A program made the position numbers and the translations under genes. 64,000 nucleotides of DNA from Octopus sinensis (Eukaryota). Under the pieces are notes generated by a model that saw only the letters and a list, made by a program, of their open reading frames with translations, did not search any database and had not been told where the DNA came from. The stretch spans positions 34,906,001-34,970,000 of the forward strand of contig NC_043015.1 in assembly GCF_006345805.1 (NCBI RefSeq). Reading direction: 5' to 3'. This document shows, one piece after another, positions 63,001-64,000 of this stretch (its first letter is position 1; every line of letters starts with the position of its first letter).

Positions 63001-64000
63001 GTAAGTATCTTTTGCTACCGTCAAGTAGTTTTTGTTTTTGGTGGTGGGTTTACATTTTTTATATTTTTATATATTTTAATGGGATGAAGTGTTTTATAAA
63101 TTCTAACATTTCTTCTTGTAAGTCTTTCGTAACTCTTTACAGCAAAAGATACTTTGAACAATACTTAGCAAGTTACTTATTGAAGGAATTGAACTATTTT
63201 GCCCTCTGGGCTTGAAATAAATTATCAACAAATATATAATACTAATTTTTGTTGCTAATGACCATAGTTTAGAATATCCAGCACATTAAAATAATTAAGA
63301 AAGGCTATCCATTTTTGCTTGTTGCTATGTTAACCCTTGGATGCCCCTGTTTGAACATATCCATAATGAAATATGTTATAGCCATGATTATTCCTAACCT
63401 TATATTTAAGACTACATTATCCAATATGTTCTTCATTTCCTAAGAGAGGAGGGTATGATTTGAAGGACATTTGGTTGTTATTTCTAACAAGTTGAGCAAT
63501 CACATAGAGGCTTCTGCACTGATTCTTATCTTCATTGGTAAAAACAAGAGCTAACAGCTGATCTTGACCATGGAAAAAAAGTGAATTCATTTATGAAATG
63601 TTATTACAAGTTTCTGATAGTCTTGATCAACTTCTGACAAGCTGAACAGGTAACACGGTTAAAGTGCTCAACCCATTAATTAAACCTATTTTACAGCTCT
63701 TTCAGTAAAATGATGTTTGTAAGATAGTATGTGTTGCACCAGAAAATAATTTTTTTGCTTTTAGGTTTAAATGCTTATCAGTATTCTGAGAATAGACAAG
63801 TACAAACATCAGCAGAAAGGATAGTAGAAATAATAGTTAATTAGATGGCAGGCAGACAGATAGATGAGTCTACAGATATACCAATAAATATGTAGATAGA
63901 GAGATATATTAATAGATATACAAATAAATAGGTAGGTGATCTGAAATGAAATGTAAAGAAATTGGATTAATCTCAATTAGTAAATAACATGGACTGAGCC

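Overview
AT-rich eukaryotic (metazoan) genomic DNA. The SINE and LINE families resemble those I recall from Octopus, so a coleoid cephalopod is an inference, not a database result. The window holds one + strand host gene, a CIN85/CD2AP/cindr-family adaptor (SH3KBP1-like). I resolve 10 phase-compatible coding exons from 7818 to 63000, encoding three SH3 domains, a proline-rich segment and a capping-protein-interaction (CPI) motif; the start exon and the C-terminal exons were not found in the window. The introns are packed with transposon debris: hAT/Buster, piggyBac, Tc1/mariner, Tigger, Penelope, RTE, an RLE-type (HERO-like) LINE, tRNA-derived SINEs, and a young 5'-truncated CR1-group LINE with an ~880-codon open ORF2. 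Highlights: (1) a 42-bp minisatellite whose G/C variants form a perfectly repeated 16-unit higher-order code, G(GC)3(GCC)3, inside an RTE fragment that splits a piggyBac Cys-rich domain; (2) two core-intact minimal type I hammerhead ribozymes antisense to the host gene, plus a sense-strand copy with a core mutation; (3) a 3' stem-loop shared, with compensatory changes, between the LINE and the abundant SINE; (4) several long fold-backs, one interleaved; (5) frame-preserving alternative splice sites. There is no CRISPR array or prokaryotic content.
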